Positions 30,070 through 40,970 of a stretch of 64,000 nucleotides of DNA are shown in pieces (the first letter of the stretch is position 1; every line of letters begins with the position of its first letter). The stretch comes from Spirochaetota bacterium. GTDB taxonomy: Bacteria > Spirochaetota > UBA4802 > UBA5550. Location of the stretch: positions 576,001 to 640,000 of the forward strand of contig CAXXHB010000003.1 in NCBI GenBank assembly GCA_963664815.2. The letters run 5' to 3'. The notes beneath the pieces were generated by a model, which saw only the letters and a program-made list of their open reading frames with translations, searched no databases and had not been told where the DNA came from. The position numbers were made by a program, and so were the translations under genes.

Positions 30070-30720
30070 ATGAAAAAAAATATTAAGAGATTGATAATGG
30101 TTATTGAACAGATTGTAGTAGGGCACATGCTGGTATTCTGTTATCTTATAGGGGATGACGAAACAAAAGAGGCCATTCTGGTTGATCCATCTTCAGATTT
30201 CGAAAAAATAAATGCTTTAATAGACAAATACAAGTTTCATATTACAAAAATTATTAATACTCATGGACATTTTGATCATATAGGTGGGAACAGGTACTAT
30301 ATAAAAAAAACCGGAGCCAAACTCTTAATTCATGAAGCTGATTATTATTTTCTTGGGAAAAAAGTTAACAGGTTTATAGAATTTCTGAAAGGTGGGATCT
30401 CCGTTGAACATGAAGTGTGTCTTCTTCGTGATGGGGATGCAATTAACGTAGGCAATGCTGAAATCAGTGTGATTCATACGCCGGGACATTCGCCGGGGAG
30501 CATATGCCTGTATTTTGAAGGTAACCTTTTTACCGGAGATACTCTTTTTACCGAAGGACTTGGCAGAACCGATTCATCCGGCGGCTGCAGCGAAACAATC
30601 ATGAGATCAATAAAAAACCGTATATTATCTCTTCCGGATGAAACAGTTATCTGGCCCGGACACCATTACGGAAGATTTCCTGTATCAACTGTAAAAGAAC
30701 AGAAGAAATACTATATGTAA
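30070..30720 (+). CDS. MBL-fold metallo-hydrolase (glyoxalase II-like)
   Basis: THGHFDHIGG, HTPGHSPG, TGDTLF, PGHH; start may be the internal MVIEQ. Confidence 0.88.
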   Translation: MKKNIKRLIMVIEQIVVGHMLVFCYLIGDDETKEAILVDPSSDFEKINALIDKYKFHITKIINTHGHFDHIGGNRYYIKKTGAKLLIHEADYYFLGKKVNRFIEFLKGGISVEHEVCLLRDGDAINVGNAEISVIHTPGHSPGSICLYFEGNLFTGDTLFTEGLGRTDSSGGCSETIMRSIKNRILSLPDETVIWPGHHYGRFPVSTVKEQKKYYM

Positions 30721-31065
30721 TCAATCCTCAATTATTACAAATGCTGCAGCATAGTCAGTATCATGACTGATAGATATATGTATTTTTTTACCGCTCAATA
30801 TATCAGGTATTTCCGAGATGAATGGCTTGCCTTTTTCATCGTTCAGTATTGTAGCATTGCTGAAGGGGAAAACTGTTCCTGATGCCTTAACTAATGCCTC
30901 TTTTACCGCAAAGCGTCCTGCAATAAACGATGCTTTTCCTGCGGAGGGAATTTTTTTTAACTCCTCTGCCGACAGTACTTTTTCAATAAACCTGTCGCCA
31001 TGGTCATCGATGCTTTTTTTTATGCGGGTAATGTTGACTATGTCTATGCCGGTACCTGTTATCAT
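30721..31065 (-). CDS. acpS: holo-ACP synthase
   Basis: GTGIDIV, AGRFAVKEA, ISISHD. Confidence 0.92.
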   Translation of the reverse strand: MITGTGIDIVNITRIKKSIDDHGDRFIEKVLSAEELKKIPSAGKASFIAGRFAVKEALVKASGTVFPFSNATILNDEKGKPFISEIPDILSGKKIHISISHDTDYAAAFVIIED

Positions 31066-31991
31066 ATATTGTTCTCCATGGAATCAAGAATTCTGAATAC
31101 TTCATTTTTGTCAACAGCATTGACTATTGCCGACCTTGCTTTTGCGGCGTTTTTTATATCATGTATATATTTTACTGTATGTTTCCTCATTAAATGGATG
31201 GCTCTCTCCCCGAATTCATTAAACATAAGATCGAAGTGTTCCTTTACCTGCAGTAGAATTTCAGCTTCGTCTGGAGTCCTTCCGCTGAAAATCCATGGAT
31301 TCCCCAGTGCCCCTCTTCCTATCATAACCGCCCTGCACCCTGAGAATTTCATCATTTCATAGGCTTTGTCAAAAGAGTCAATATCCCCGTTTCCGACAAC
31401 AGGAACAGCCGAAGATTCACATATTTCCCGTATAATATTCCAGTCTGCCAGTCCGCTGTATTGTTGGGTCCTTGTTCTGCCATGGACAGTTATAAAGGTA
31501 ATTCCGGCTGTTTCAAGTGCTTTAACAATTTCCATGTAATTCAGTGATTTTTCATCCCAACCGATCCGTATTTTAGCAGTGACTGGAATGGATGTACTTT
31601 TAACTATACTTTCGGTAATGCGGAAGACTTTATCCGGATCTTTAAGAAGAAATGCGCCGTTACCAGAGCCGCAGACCTTTCTTGCGGGGCATCCCATATT
31701 TATATCTATTATATCCGGGTGCATTGATTCAACAATGGAGGCAGCTTCACCCATTATATCGGGTTTGTTGCCGAATACCTGTATGGCAATTGGGCGTTCC
31801 TCATTCGTGAAAGCAAGCATCTCCATGGTCTTCTTATTTTTTCTGACTATGCCTTCAGCGCTTATAAGCTCGGTCGTGGTTAATCCGCAGCCATGCCTTA
31901 TGCAGATTTTTCTGAATACGGAGTCTGTGTATCCTGCGATAGGAGCAAGGAGAAGGGGGGAGGTAAGCTTTATTTTTCCGAAATCTATCAC
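31062..31991 (-). CDS. dusB: tRNA-dihydrouridine synthase B
   Basis: LAPIAG, INMGCP, KIRIGW, VHGRT, GNGDI. Confidence 0.9.
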   Translation of the reverse strand: MIDFGKIKLTSPLLLAPIAGYTDSVFRKICIRHGCGLTTTELISAEGIVRKNKKTMEMLAFTNEERPIAIQVFGNKPDIMGEAASIVESMHPDIIDINMGCPARKVCGSGNGAFLLKDPDKVFRITESIVKSTSIPVTAKIRIGWDEKSLNYMEIVKALETAGITFITVHGRTRTQQYSGLADWNIIREICESSAVPVVGNGDIDSFDKAYEMMKFSGCRAVMIGRGALGNPWIFSGRTPDEAEILLQVKEHFDLMFNEFGERAIHLMRKHTVKYIHDIKNAAKARSAIVNAVDKNEVFRILDSMENNI

Positions 31992-32283
31992 AGTTTTTTC
32001 CTTTTGACGATTGACCTTTTTGTGAAAATATTGTCAAGCATGATTGACACATTTAATTTATCAAAAACTAATTATTGGTGTCATAGTAAGAACAGGAAAG
32101 ATCCATTTTGATTTCCGTTTTTATAAAAATGATTTAAATAAAAAGTTTATTATATTGTGGGTTATGCTGATGGTTTTTTATAAAAAAAGATAAATACATT
32201 CCGTTTATTTTCCGGCAGTTTGTTGCCTGATAATTTTCTTGAGTGTTTCTGGTAATTGTTCAGATCAGACTTTTGTAGATTTT

Positions 32284-32309
32284 AAAGGAATCAGTAAAAG
32301 GAATCAGTA
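32284..32309 (+). repeat. 13-bp tandem duplication including the RBS
   Basis: aaaggaatcagta twice, just before ATG 32311. Confidence 0.7.
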
Positions 32310-32310
32310 A

Positions 32311-32778
32311 ATGAAGCAAAAATATAAATTTTGTTTTATTCTTTCAATACTGGCTTTGTCTTTATCTGTATATGCAGATGAAAGTAAATTGTCTTATAAA
32401 AAGTCGATTGAAAAATGGAATAAAGCCAATTTCAGGGAATATTCAGCCAGGATAAGATTTTCAGCTTTCAGCCCTCTTTCCGGTATATGGGATATCGATG
32501 TAAAAAACGGAAATATTTATAACTGCAGGTTAAACGGAAAAGCAGCAGATATGCATAAAAAATTTGCAGAGATGCTTACAATTGAAAACATCTATAAAAC
32601 ATACTGCGAAGGTTTTATCTCCGGTGAAAACGGACCATTTATCATTAAAGCTACATATGGAAAAGATGGCTTTATAAACTCACTGACAAAAACCAGAAAT
32701 CCTCAGTATAAGAATAAAGTAAAAACAGATTCTGTCTATAAAATTGAAGTACTGGATATTACTTCGGGAGAGAGGTAA
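32311..32778 (+). CDS. secreted hypothetical protein (DUF6174-like)
   Basis: Signal peptide; W..Y..V.NG..TIENIY..ATY..GF pattern. Confidence 0.55.
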   Translation: MKQKYKFCFILSILALSLSVYADESKLSYKKSIEKWNKANFREYSARIRFSAFSPLSGIWDIDVKNGNIYNCRLNGKAADMHKKFAEMLTIENIYKTYCEGFISGENGPFIIKATYGKDGFINSLTKTRNPQYKNKVKTDSVYKIEVLDITSGER

Positions 32779-32780
32779 TT

Positions 32781-34403
32781 ATGCATAAGATAAAATATTT
32801 TATTTTTGCAGTATTTATTTTCCCGGTTTCACAGCTCTTTGCCATGCCTCCTCATCCCGATATTGTTGAGCAGTACAGGAAGAACGGGGAGTTAAAATCA
32901 TTGATGAGCCGGATAGAATCTATGAATTCAAAACTGAACATGAATTCACCGTTAAAATCATTTCCATCATCCGGTGATAGGCATGTGCCGGTTCTTCTTG
33001 TGAACTTTGTTACTTCTTATGAGGCTACTTATAGGTATTCCTCAGATATTGGTAATATTAAGAAGCTGAATATTTCCATATACTGGTTACTATTGATACT
33101 GGCGGCTTATATCTTGATTTTAATTAAAAAACATGGCTCACCTGATAGAGTTGTTTTTAAACCTTTTATGGCTCTTTATCTGTTTTTACTTGCATTTTTT
33201 ATTTCCTGTGGGGTTTCAAAGGAGGAAGATGAGGAGAGTTTCCCGACGGATCCTTCTGTATATTCGAAGTTTTTAAACGGTGATACTCTTTCAGTAAGAA
33301 AGTATTATAAGGACATGTCACATAATAATTTAAACCTTATATTTGATATTTACGGCCCTGTCAGGGTTTCAAAAACCTGGAGTTATTACGGAGAGAATGA
33401 TGCGTCCGGTAATGATATGCATGCAGCAGAACTTGTAAGTGAAGCCTTGAGGCTTATGGTAAGCAAATATCAGTCTGTTGATTTCCGGCAGTATAATAAT
33501 GATGGTGACAGTTATGTTGATGCGGTGATTATTATTCATGAAGGACCAGGTGAGGAATCCGGCGGAGGTGCCGGTACAATATGGTCTCACCAGTGGGATC
33601 TGGTAAGCGCCGGATATGGTGCTGTCCCAACCGGGGACGGTGTTTCATTTAATGTCTATACAATACAACCGGAATATACCTTCAGGCGTGGAGACTCATC
33701 CATGGGTGTTTATGCGCACGAATTTGGTCACGTATTGGGGCTGCCGGATCTGTATGACACAGACGGGTCTACTAATGGCGTTGGCAACTGGAGTCTTATG
33801 GGGAATGGTTCATGGATGGGGCCGGGGGGGGCATATAACGGAATCACTCCGGCTCCGCTTCTTGCGTGGGAACGTTTAAAAGCGGGTGGTACCGGGACTG
33901 GTAAATGGGTTACTGTTGAGGAGATAACATCAAATGTCAGCAACCAGTCAATATATAATATTGAAACACCGGGTATTGCTTATAAAGTTATGCTTGATTC
34001 TGCCGTCGGTCAGGAACAGTATTTATTATTGGAAGGGAAGGTTCAGTCAACTTCAACACAGTGGTATATTGCCGGAACAGGTGTTATGATAACTCATATA
34101 CATGAAGGTGTAGTCAGCTATTATACTTCAACAGACAAAGTGAATGCAGGTACAAATGGGACAAGAGTCCATGGCATAAATATTATTGAAGCCGATGGAG
34201 GGAGTGATTTATGGAGTAAAAGTGACAGAGGGTCGGCGTCTGATCTATTTACTTCCGGTGGTGTTACAAATATGATTAAATATACAGGTACATCACCGTC
34301 TTATCCAAAAAGTTCATTTTCTGCTACAACTATTGATATAAGTAATATCAGTGTGGCAGCCAGTCCTCTATCTATGAAATTCGATATAACAGGCCTACAG
34401 TAA
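32781..34403 (+). CDS. M6 (immune inhibitor A)-family metalloprotease
   Basis: MPPHP propeptide start, IHEGPGEE, IWSHQW, HEFGHVLGLPDLYD, WSLMGNGSW. Confidence 0.9.
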   Translation: MHKIKYFIFAVFIFPVSQLFAMPPHPDIVEQYRKNGELKSLMSRIESMNSKLNMNSPLKSFPSSGDRHVPVLLVNFVTSYEATYRYSSDIGNIKKLNISIYWLLLILAAYILILIKKHGSPDRVVFKPFMALYLFLLAFFISCGVSKEEDEESFPTDPSVYSKFLNGDTLSVRKYYKDMSHNNLNLIFDIYGPVRVSKTWSYYGENDASGNDMHAAELVSEALRLMVSKYQSVDFRQYNNDGDSYVDAVIIIHEGPGEESGGGAGTIWSHQWDLVSAGYGAVPTGDGVSFNVYTIQPEYTFRRGDSSMGVYAHEFGHVLGLPDLYDTDGSTNGVGNWSLMGNGSWMGPGGAYNGITPAPLLAWERLKAGGTGTGKWVTVEEITSNVSNQSIYNIETPGIAYKVMLDSAVGQEQYLLLEGKVQSTSTQWYIAGTGVMITHIHEGVVSYYTSTDKVNAGTNGTRVHGINIIEADGGSDLWSKSDRGSASDLFTSGGVTNMIKYTGTSPSYPKSSFSATTIDISNISVAASPLSMKFDITGLQ

Positions 34404-34461
34404 TCAGCAGACAGGCTTGATAATATTTTTTTAGCAGATGAAGTTTTTGTTGAAGGATAAA

Positions 34462-34513
34462 AAAATATAAAAAAAAGAGATCATTTTATTCTGATCTCTT
34501 TTTTTTATATTTT
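34462..34513. terminator. bidirectional terminator, 22-bp perfect stem
   Basis: aaaatataaaaaaaagagatca-ttttattc-tgatctctttttttt atatttt between the protease gene and the 5S 3' end. Confidence 0.8.
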
Positions 34514-34515
34514 AA

Positions 34516-34632
<117 letters not shown>

Positions 34633-34659
34633 AAAGTTGCTTTCCTTTTAATAAAACCA

Positions 34660-34687
34660 GTTAAATCGAAATGGTTTTTTAAGTCAA
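34660..34687 (-). promoter_or_regulatory. putative sigma70 promoter of the 5S gene
   Basis: TTGACT -35 and TTAACT-like -10 at 16-17 bp spacing, AT-rich UP region upstream. Confidence 0.45.
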
Positions 34688-34695
34688 CTCAAATC

Positions 34696-34737
34696 TTACT
34701 TTTTTTTAATTTTTTTAAAAAAATTAAAAAAAAGTAA
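34696..34737. repeat. 42-bp perfect AT-rich palindrome
   Basis: ttac-t8-aa-t7 | a7-tt-a8-gtaa, no loop. Confidence 0.85.
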
Positions 34738-34741
34738 CAGA

Positions 34742-35737
34742 TTATTTTGCGTTAATCCATTTCATCATTTTTCTTAACTTGGCGCCGACCTTTTCTATCT
34801 GATGCTCTCTCTCTTCTTTCTTGATTTTGTTAAAGAATGGACGTCCCGTCTCATTTTCCCGGATCCAGTTTTTAGCAAAAGTTCCATTCTGTATCTCTTT
34901 CAGTATTTTCTCCATTTCCTTCTTAGTTGCATCAGTTACTATTCTCGGTCCGCTGACATAATCTCCATACTCTGCCGTATCGGAAACTGAATATCTCATA
35001 TAGTTTATTCCCCCCTGGTAAAAGAGGTCAACTATCAGTTTAAGCTCGTGGAGACACTCAAAGTATGCTATTTCAGGCTGGTATCCGGCGTTGACAAGTG
35101 TTTCGAAACCCGCTTTTACAAGATGAGATGCACCGCCGCAGAGTACCGCCTGTTCGCCGAAGAGATCAGTTTCTGTCTCTTCTTTGAAGGTTGTTTCTAT
35201 GACACCGGCTCTTGTCGCCCCGATTCCATCTGCGTATGCAAGAGCTATTTTTTTTGCTTTTTTTGTGGCATCATTCTGGATTGCGATAAGTGCGGGTACT
35301 CCCCCCCCTTTTTCATATTCGCTTCTTACAAGATGTCCCGGGCCCTTGGGGGCTATCATAATTACATCACAATCTTTGGGAGGATCAATTCTTTTAAAGT
35401 GGATATTAAATCCGTGAGAGAATACAAGAGTCTTCCCTTTTTTCATAAAGGGTTTAATATCCTCATTGTAAATTTTTTCCTGGATGTGGTCGGGAGCTAA
35501 TATCTGGATGAGATCTGCTTTCTCAGCAGCTTCTTTCGCAGTTACAGGCTGAAAATTATGCGATACAGCGAGTTTATAGTTGTCAGTGCCTTTTACTTCT
35601 GCAATAATAACATTAAGGCCGCTATCTCTTAAATTCTGAGCCTGTGAATGACCCTGACTGCCGTAACCTATTACAGCTATTGTTTTGTCTTTTAAAATAC
35701 TGATATCCGCATCTTTTTCATAATACATCTTTGCCAT
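34742..35737 (-). CDS. ilvC: ketol-acid reductoisomerase
   Basis: [32 protein letters not shown]. Confidence 0.97.
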   Translation of the reverse strand: MAKMYYEKDADISILKDKTIAVIGYGSQGHSQAQNLRDSGLNVIIAEVKGTDNYKLAVSHNFQPVTAKEAAEKADLIQILAPDHIQEKIYNEDIKPFMKKGKTLVFSHGFNIHFKRIDPPKDCDVIMIAPKGPGHLVRSEYEKGGGVPALIAIQNDATKKAKKIALAYADGIGATRAGVIETTFKEETETDLFGEQAVLCGGASHLVKAGFETLVNAGYQPEIAYFECLHELKLIVDLFYQGGINYMRYSVSDTAEYGDYVSGPRIVTDATKKEMEKILKEIQNGTFAKNWIRENETGRPFFNKIKKEEREHQIEKVGAKLRKMMKWINAK

Positions 35738-35783
35738 TTTTTTATCTCCTAAAATTCATTATTCATTACATTTGAAGGCTTAA

Positions 35784-36266
35784 TCAATCTTTTTCTTTAA
35801 GGATCGAAACCAGTCCCGTGCGCATTGATTCTTTTATTCCATAAGGTGTAGATAATTCTATAAACCTGTCAATCTTTTCTGAGTCCCCTTTTACTGAAAA
35901 TGTTATAGTTTTAAGGGAAATATCGGCTACCTCCGCTTTAAACAGTTCGGCAAGCTGAAGAATCTCCCCTCTTTTGGCAGGGGGACAGTTAACTTTTATT
36001 AACGCAAGTTCTCTCTGAATTGAAGACTGCTGAACATGATCTGATACTTTAATGACATCAATAAGTTTATTGAGCTGTTTTTTTACCTGCTCAAGTATTC
36101 TATCGTCGCCATTTACTACTATAGTCATAACTGAAATATCTTCATGTTCTGTTTTGCTGACCGCGAGAGAATCTATATTGTAACCTCTTGCTGAGAATAG
36201 TCCCGCCACACGAGCGAGTACTCCGAACTTATTTTCTACTTTTACTGAAATTACATGTTGGCTCAT
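35784..36266 (-). CDS. ilvN: acetolactate synthase small subunit
   Basis: ENKFGVLARVAGLFSARGYNI, KQLNKLIDV. Confidence 0.95.
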   Translation of the reverse strand: MSQHVISVKVENKFGVLARVAGLFSARGYNIDSLAVSKTEHEDISVMTIVVNGDDRILEQVKKQLNKLIDVIKVSDHVQQSSIQRELALIKVNCPPAKRGEILQLAELFKAEVADISLKTITFSVKGDSEKIDRFIELSTPYGIKESMRTGLVSILKEKD

Positions 36267-36274
36267 TTTTATAC

Positions 36275-37957
36275 CTACGCAAGTTCTCTCATTATTGTCT
36301 CTTTTATGGTTTTACCCGCAGGCACCATCGGATAGACGTTCTCCTCTTTGCTGACGTTGAAGTCAATAATTACAGGCTTGTCTGTGGAAGATAACGCCTT
36401 TGTTATGGCGGCGTCAACTTCCTCTTTCTCGGTCACTCTTATCCCGGTACACCCGTATGCCTCGGCGAGTTTTACAAAATCCGGTGCAAAATTTATACAT
36501 GTATGAGAATATCTCTTGTCCCAGAACAGTTGCTGCCACTGGCGTACCATGCCGAGAAATCCGTTATTAAGTATTGCGATTATTATCGGCAGTTTATGCT
36601 GTGCCGCGACAATCAATTCCTGTATATTCATCTGGATTGAACCGTCACCGGCAATGTCGATTACTTTTTTATCCGGGCGTGCAAGCTGAGCGCCGATTGC
36701 GGCAGGAAGGCCGAATCCCATTGTTCCGAGGCCTCCTGACGATATAAATGTTCTCGGTTCGGTATATTTATAGAATTGAGCTGCCCACATCTGGTTCTGA
36801 CCAACCTCTGTAGTTATCACTGCTTTTCCATCTGTCAGTTTATAAAGCTGCTCAACAACATATTGAGGTTTGATATCATCTTTCTCTTTCATTTCGTAAT
36901 GCAACGGATGGTCTTTTTTTACTGTCATAAGCTCTTTTACCCACTCATCAATTTCCGGCGCGTTAATCTCCTTATTGATTTCATGGAGTATTTTTTTACA
37001 GTCGCCGACTATGGGGATATCAACAAGAACGTTTTTACTGACAGATGCCGGATCAATGTCTATATGTATTACCTTTGCGTGAGGGATGAAATCTGAAATT
37101 TTACCGGTTACCCGGTCGTCAAACCGGGCGCCTACTGCAATTAAGAGGTCGGAATGATGCACAGAATAGTTTGCATAGTATGTTCCGTGCATTCCAAGCA
37201 TCTCCATGGAGAGTGGATCTGTCTCAGGGAATATTCCCATTCCCATAAGAGTGGTGGTGACTGGAATACCGGTTTTTTTTACAAGTTTTCTCAGTTCTTC
37301 AGAAGCATTGGAAAGAACAACTCCTCCGCCGGCATATATAACAGGTTTTTTTGCCGATTCAATAAGCCTGCATGCTTTCACTATCTGCCCCGGGTGCCCT
37401 TCATATGTGGGTTTGTATCCTTTTATTGATATTTCGTCAGGGTATTCGAAATTATATATAGCGTTGGAGATGTCGACGGGAATATCAATAAGTACTGGCC
37501 CTGGTCTGCCTGTTGAAGCAATATAGAAGGCTTCTTTTATTATTCTGGCAAGGTCTTTTATATCCTGAACCAGGTAGTTGTGTTTTGTAATGGGCCTTGT
37601 TATGCCGGTAATATCGACTTCCTGGAAAGCATCGTTTCCTATAAGGTTAGTTGATACCTGTCCGGTTAAAACAACAAGAGGTACAGAATCAAGATGTGCC
37701 GTTGCAATTCCTGTGACCAGGTTAGTTGCTCCTGGTCCTGATGTCGCGAGAACTACTCCGGTTTTTCCGGAAGCCCTTGCGTAACCGTCAGCTGCATGAA
37801 TTGCTCCCTGTTCATGCCTGCTCAGAATAAATTTTATCGGGGCATGATACAGTTCATGGAATATAGGTATGACGACTCCACCGGGATATCCGAACATGCA
37901 CTCTACATTTTCTTTTAGAAGTGATTCAACAATTATCTGGGAACCTTTAATTTTCAA
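36275..37957 (-). CDS. ilvB: acetolactate synthase large subunit
   Basis: [34 protein letters not shown]; TTG start. Confidence 0.96.
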   Translation of the reverse strand: MKIKGSQIIVESLLKENVECMFGYPGGVVIPIFHELYHAPIKFILSRHEQGAIHAADGYARASGKTGVVLATSGPGATNLVTGIATAHLDSVPLVVLTGQVSTNLIGNDAFQEVDITGITRPITKHNYLVQDIKDLARIIKEAFYIASTGRPGPVLIDIPVDISNAIYNFEYPDEISIKGYKPTYEGHPGQIVKACRLIESAKKPVIYAGGGVVLSNASEELRKLVKKTGIPVTTTLMGMGIFPETDPLSMEMLGMHGTYYANYSVHHSDLLIAVGARFDDRVTGKISDFIPHAKVIHIDIDPASVSKNVLVDIPIVGDCKKILHEINKEINAPEIDEWVKELMTVKKDHPLHYEMKEKDDIKPQYVVEQLYKLTDGKAVITTEVGQNQMWAAQFYKYTEPRTFISSGGLGTMGFGLPAAIGAQLARPDKKVIDIAGDGSIQMNIQELIVAAQHKLPIIIAILNNGFLGMVRQWQQLFWDKRYSHTCINFAPDFVKLAEAYGCTGIRVTEKEEVDAAITKALSSTDKPVIIDFNVSKEENVYPMVPAGKTIKETIMRELA

Positions 37958-38174
37958 AACGAATCTCCTTTAGAGCAGATATAAGAGTAAGGGTTTTCAC
38001 GTGCAGAGCTTTTGTCAAATTTTTTTTCTTTAGAGAGTTTAAAAGCTTGATTTGAAATTCAACTATATCATATTATAAATTGCTGATATTCTCACCGGGG
38101 TGTGAGGGATGTTTTTGGCTGTTAAGGTATAAATAATAATATAATTTTGAAAAGTGAGACAACCCGCAAATTAA

Positions 38175-39083
38175 ATGAATAAAGATCTTGTTGAAAGAGT
38201 TTTTAAGAGAATTGTGGCATTAAATTGTCTCTATAATGTCGATTCTATACCTCATTCGGATGTTTTTTTTAAGGAAACCGAGGCTCTGTTAGGCTTGTCT
38301 GTATCTGAACTGGATTTAATCATAAGCATACTGAAGGAATCGCATAAAATTTTTGTGATGGAGATTTCACGAGAGGATAAAAGCAAGAAAATTGAGAAAA
38401 TAAACGGATATGTTGATGCCGATCTTTTAAGTATACAGAAACTGAGAGATGTATTTCACAAAGCTTTAATGGATGATTATGAAAAAGATACCGGAAGAAG
38501 AAAGTCATCAGGGCAGATAATCAAGGAATTGATCCCGCAGCTGCAGTATCTTATTAATACACCCATGGGAAAGCTGCTTAATAAAGCTATAATGCTTGAC
38601 GAATATTCCAGACTTCTTGAAAAAGATTATAAAGAATATACAGAGGAATGGAAAGAGGAAAATCTACAGGTTCAACTCTCTGTGAATGATGATTTATGGA
38701 AGAAGTATTCCAGCGAAAAAATGGTTGTGGATGAAAAAGACTCTGTAATTCCAAAAAAGGTCAAACCTGTAAGAGCGGTTGATTCCCCTCTTATTGATGA
38801 TTTTTCCAGGCAGGTTAGTGCGGGATCAATTACCAGAGTGCTGCATATTTATGGAGTGGATTTTTTTTTCAGGGTAAATTTAAGGCAGTATAAATTTGAT
38901 TATATCTCACAGGTTCTTGACACAGGCGTAATTGACAGAAAAAGTGATCTTATTGTACTAAAGGATATGCTGAAAAAAATTAAAGAAAATATGGATTTTG
39001 ACAAAGAACTTGACAAGTATTATGATGAAATAATGTCACTTGACAGAAAAGTAAGCCGGAGTATCAGCTTTAGTAAAAAGTAG
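38175..39083 (+). CDS. hypothetical cytoplasmic helical protein
   Basis: 302-aa ORF, charged and helical, no recognised motif. Confidence 0.7.
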   Translation: MNKDLVERVFKRIVALNCLYNVDSIPHSDVFFKETEALLGLSVSELDLIISILKESHKIFVMEISREDKSKKIEKINGYVDADLLSIQKLRDVFHKALMDDYEKDTGRRKSSGQIIKELIPQLQYLINTPMGKLLNKAIMLDEYSRLLEKDYKEYTEEWKEENLQVQLSVNDDLWKKYSSEKMVVDEKDSVIPKKVKPVRAVDSPLIDDFSRQVSAGSITRVLHIYGVDFFFRVNLRQYKFDYISQVLDTGVIDRKSDLIVLKDMLKKIKENMDFDKELDKYYDEIMSLDRKVSRSISFSKK

Positions 39084-39149
39084 AATTATTCGATAATAAT
39101 TTTATAATGACAGAATAACAAATAACATAAATATAATAAATATAATAAT

Positions 39150-39917
39150 ATGAGAAAAAGATATCTATCGGCAGTTTTATTTATTTTAATTATTCCGACG
39201 GTTCTCTATTCAAGAGAATTTCTGAATTCGGTTGTTCACCTGAATTTTGGCGGGATGTATACTTTTGCAACAACAGGTGACATTATTGACAGTGAGAATA
39301 ATGTTATTGAAAGCAAAATTCCGACAAATACCAATATAAGTCATTATGAAACGGCATATTGTGTGACTCTTGATATTGTTCCAACCGATCCGATAATCCT
39401 CGGGTTAGAGGAACATGCTATCAAGTTCGGTATCAGGGGATCGTATAGGTTCCATTTTTTACAGCAGAGAGTTACCGATGATGGTGAATTGGGTGATCAG
39501 GTCATGAATTACAATTCATGGATGATAGGGCCGGTTGTACATTATGCTCCATTTATTGAACCTTCAGATTTGAATGAAGATTATACTGCAAGTGGCGGAT
39601 TTACATTTTTTGCTCTTTGGGGGAGAGTTAACGGGAATCTGACCGCTTTTCCTTCAGTCAGGGAGAGAGGTTTATCCACCGATGTTTATGCGACAAAAAT
39701 CAGCGGTTATAAATATGATATAGGTTTTGGTGCTGAGCTTGCTTTATGTTCATTGAATTTCGGAGTGAATATATATTATTCATGTACAAGGTTTCAGATG
39801 GAAGACCAGATTTATGCAGATCTCGGTAAAAATGGCTACCTCAAAGAGGGCTGCATGGAGATTTATGTAGGAATTCCAATTGAATCATTTATAGATCCTC
39901 TGATACCCACATTCTGA
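39150..39917 (+). CDS. putative outer-membrane beta-barrel protein
   Basis: Signal peptide and alternating aromatic/Gly strands. Confidence 0.55.
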   Translation: MRKRYLSAVLFILIIPTVLYSREFLNSVVHLNFGGMYTFATTGDIIDSENNVIESKIPTNTNISHYETAYCVTLDIVPTDPIILGLEEHAIKFGIRGSYRFHFLQQRVTDDGELGDQVMNYNSWMIGPVVHYAPFIEPSDLNEDYTASGGFTFFALWGRVNGNLTAFPSVRERGLSTDVYATKISGYKYDIGFGAELALCSLNFGVNIYYSCTRFQMEDQIYADLGKNGYLKEGCMEIYVGIPIESFIDPLIPTF

Positions 39918-39992
39918 AATCTCTTTATAATATCTTTCTGTAGTTATTTAATTATTATTTTAATTTTATCCTTAATAAATAAAAATAAAAAA

Positions 39993-40571
39993 TTAATCTT
40001 TTTTTGCCTTGCAAAGATCCGGATTTTTTATATAATCATCAAGTGATATTTTGCTTTCATAACATTCTCCTTTCATATATTTCAGGACTGAAATGAAAAC
40101 TTTTTTTTCAATAAAACCTGGCAGCGTTGTTACAGGTTTACTTTGATTGTCCAGAAAGAGTATAGTAGGAAATCCATTTGAGCCTGTGTAAGCCATCATT
40201 TTTGCAGGAGTTACTTTTTCCCCCATTATCTCGAATGTCTCTCTATCCTTTTCGGGGTTTACCCGCATATTGTAAAAATTTTCATTCATATATTGAGATA
40301 TATCAGGATCGCTGAAGATTTCAGAATTCATCTTTTTACAATAAATGCACCAATCTGTATAAAAAAATATAAGAACTGGTTTTTTCTGTAATTTTGCATT
40401 TTTAAGTCCTGAGGAAATTTTTTCCCATTTTACAGGTGTTTCTTTATTTTGCGCAGAGACTTTATTATCTCCGTTTTCATTACATGAAAAGCATGTTATA
40501 GTTAATATCAGGGCAACGCTTAAAAGATTTTTTAATCTGGCAGACATTATTTTCTCCATTTTCAATATCAT
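39993..40571 (-). CDS. thioredoxin-fold lipoprotein (SoxW/DsbD-like)
   Basis: CFSC lipobox; WCIYC; GFPT cis-Pro loop. Confidence 0.82.
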   Translation of the reverse strand: MILKMEKIMSARLKNLLSVALILTITCFSCNENGDNKVSAQNKETPVKWEKISSGLKNAKLQKKPVLIFFYTDWCIYCKKMNSEIFSDPDISQYMNENFYNMRVNPEKDRETFEIMGEKVTPAKMMAYTGSNGFPTILFLDNQSKPVTTLPGFIEKKVFISVLKYMKGECYESKISLDDYIKNPDLCKAKKD

Positions 40572-40970
40572 TAAACATCATATTGATGAAATTCCGGTAG
40601 TGATAAAGACAAAGTTTTTTACAGGGTATAAAAAGGAAATAGCCCTTTGTTAAGCCTGTAAATAAAAAACAGAGTCTTATGGATCTCTTCAGAGGTTTAA
40701 TCAGTCACTATTATTGTGAAACTTTGCGATTTAATCAAGAAAATAAAATCGTTATAAAAATAATTTTATCCCTTGACTCTATTGACAATGTTGTTTTTGT
40801 TTAATTAGCGGGGTGATTAATAAAAAAAATTTAATACCCATTCGATACTATTTCCGACAGCCTTAATAAATAAAGAGGAAGCCTGCTGGAATAATGTCTG
40901 TAAATATTTACCGGTTCATTCTGTTATAAGGAAGTAAAACCGGTTTTAAACGACAATTGCGGAGAATACT

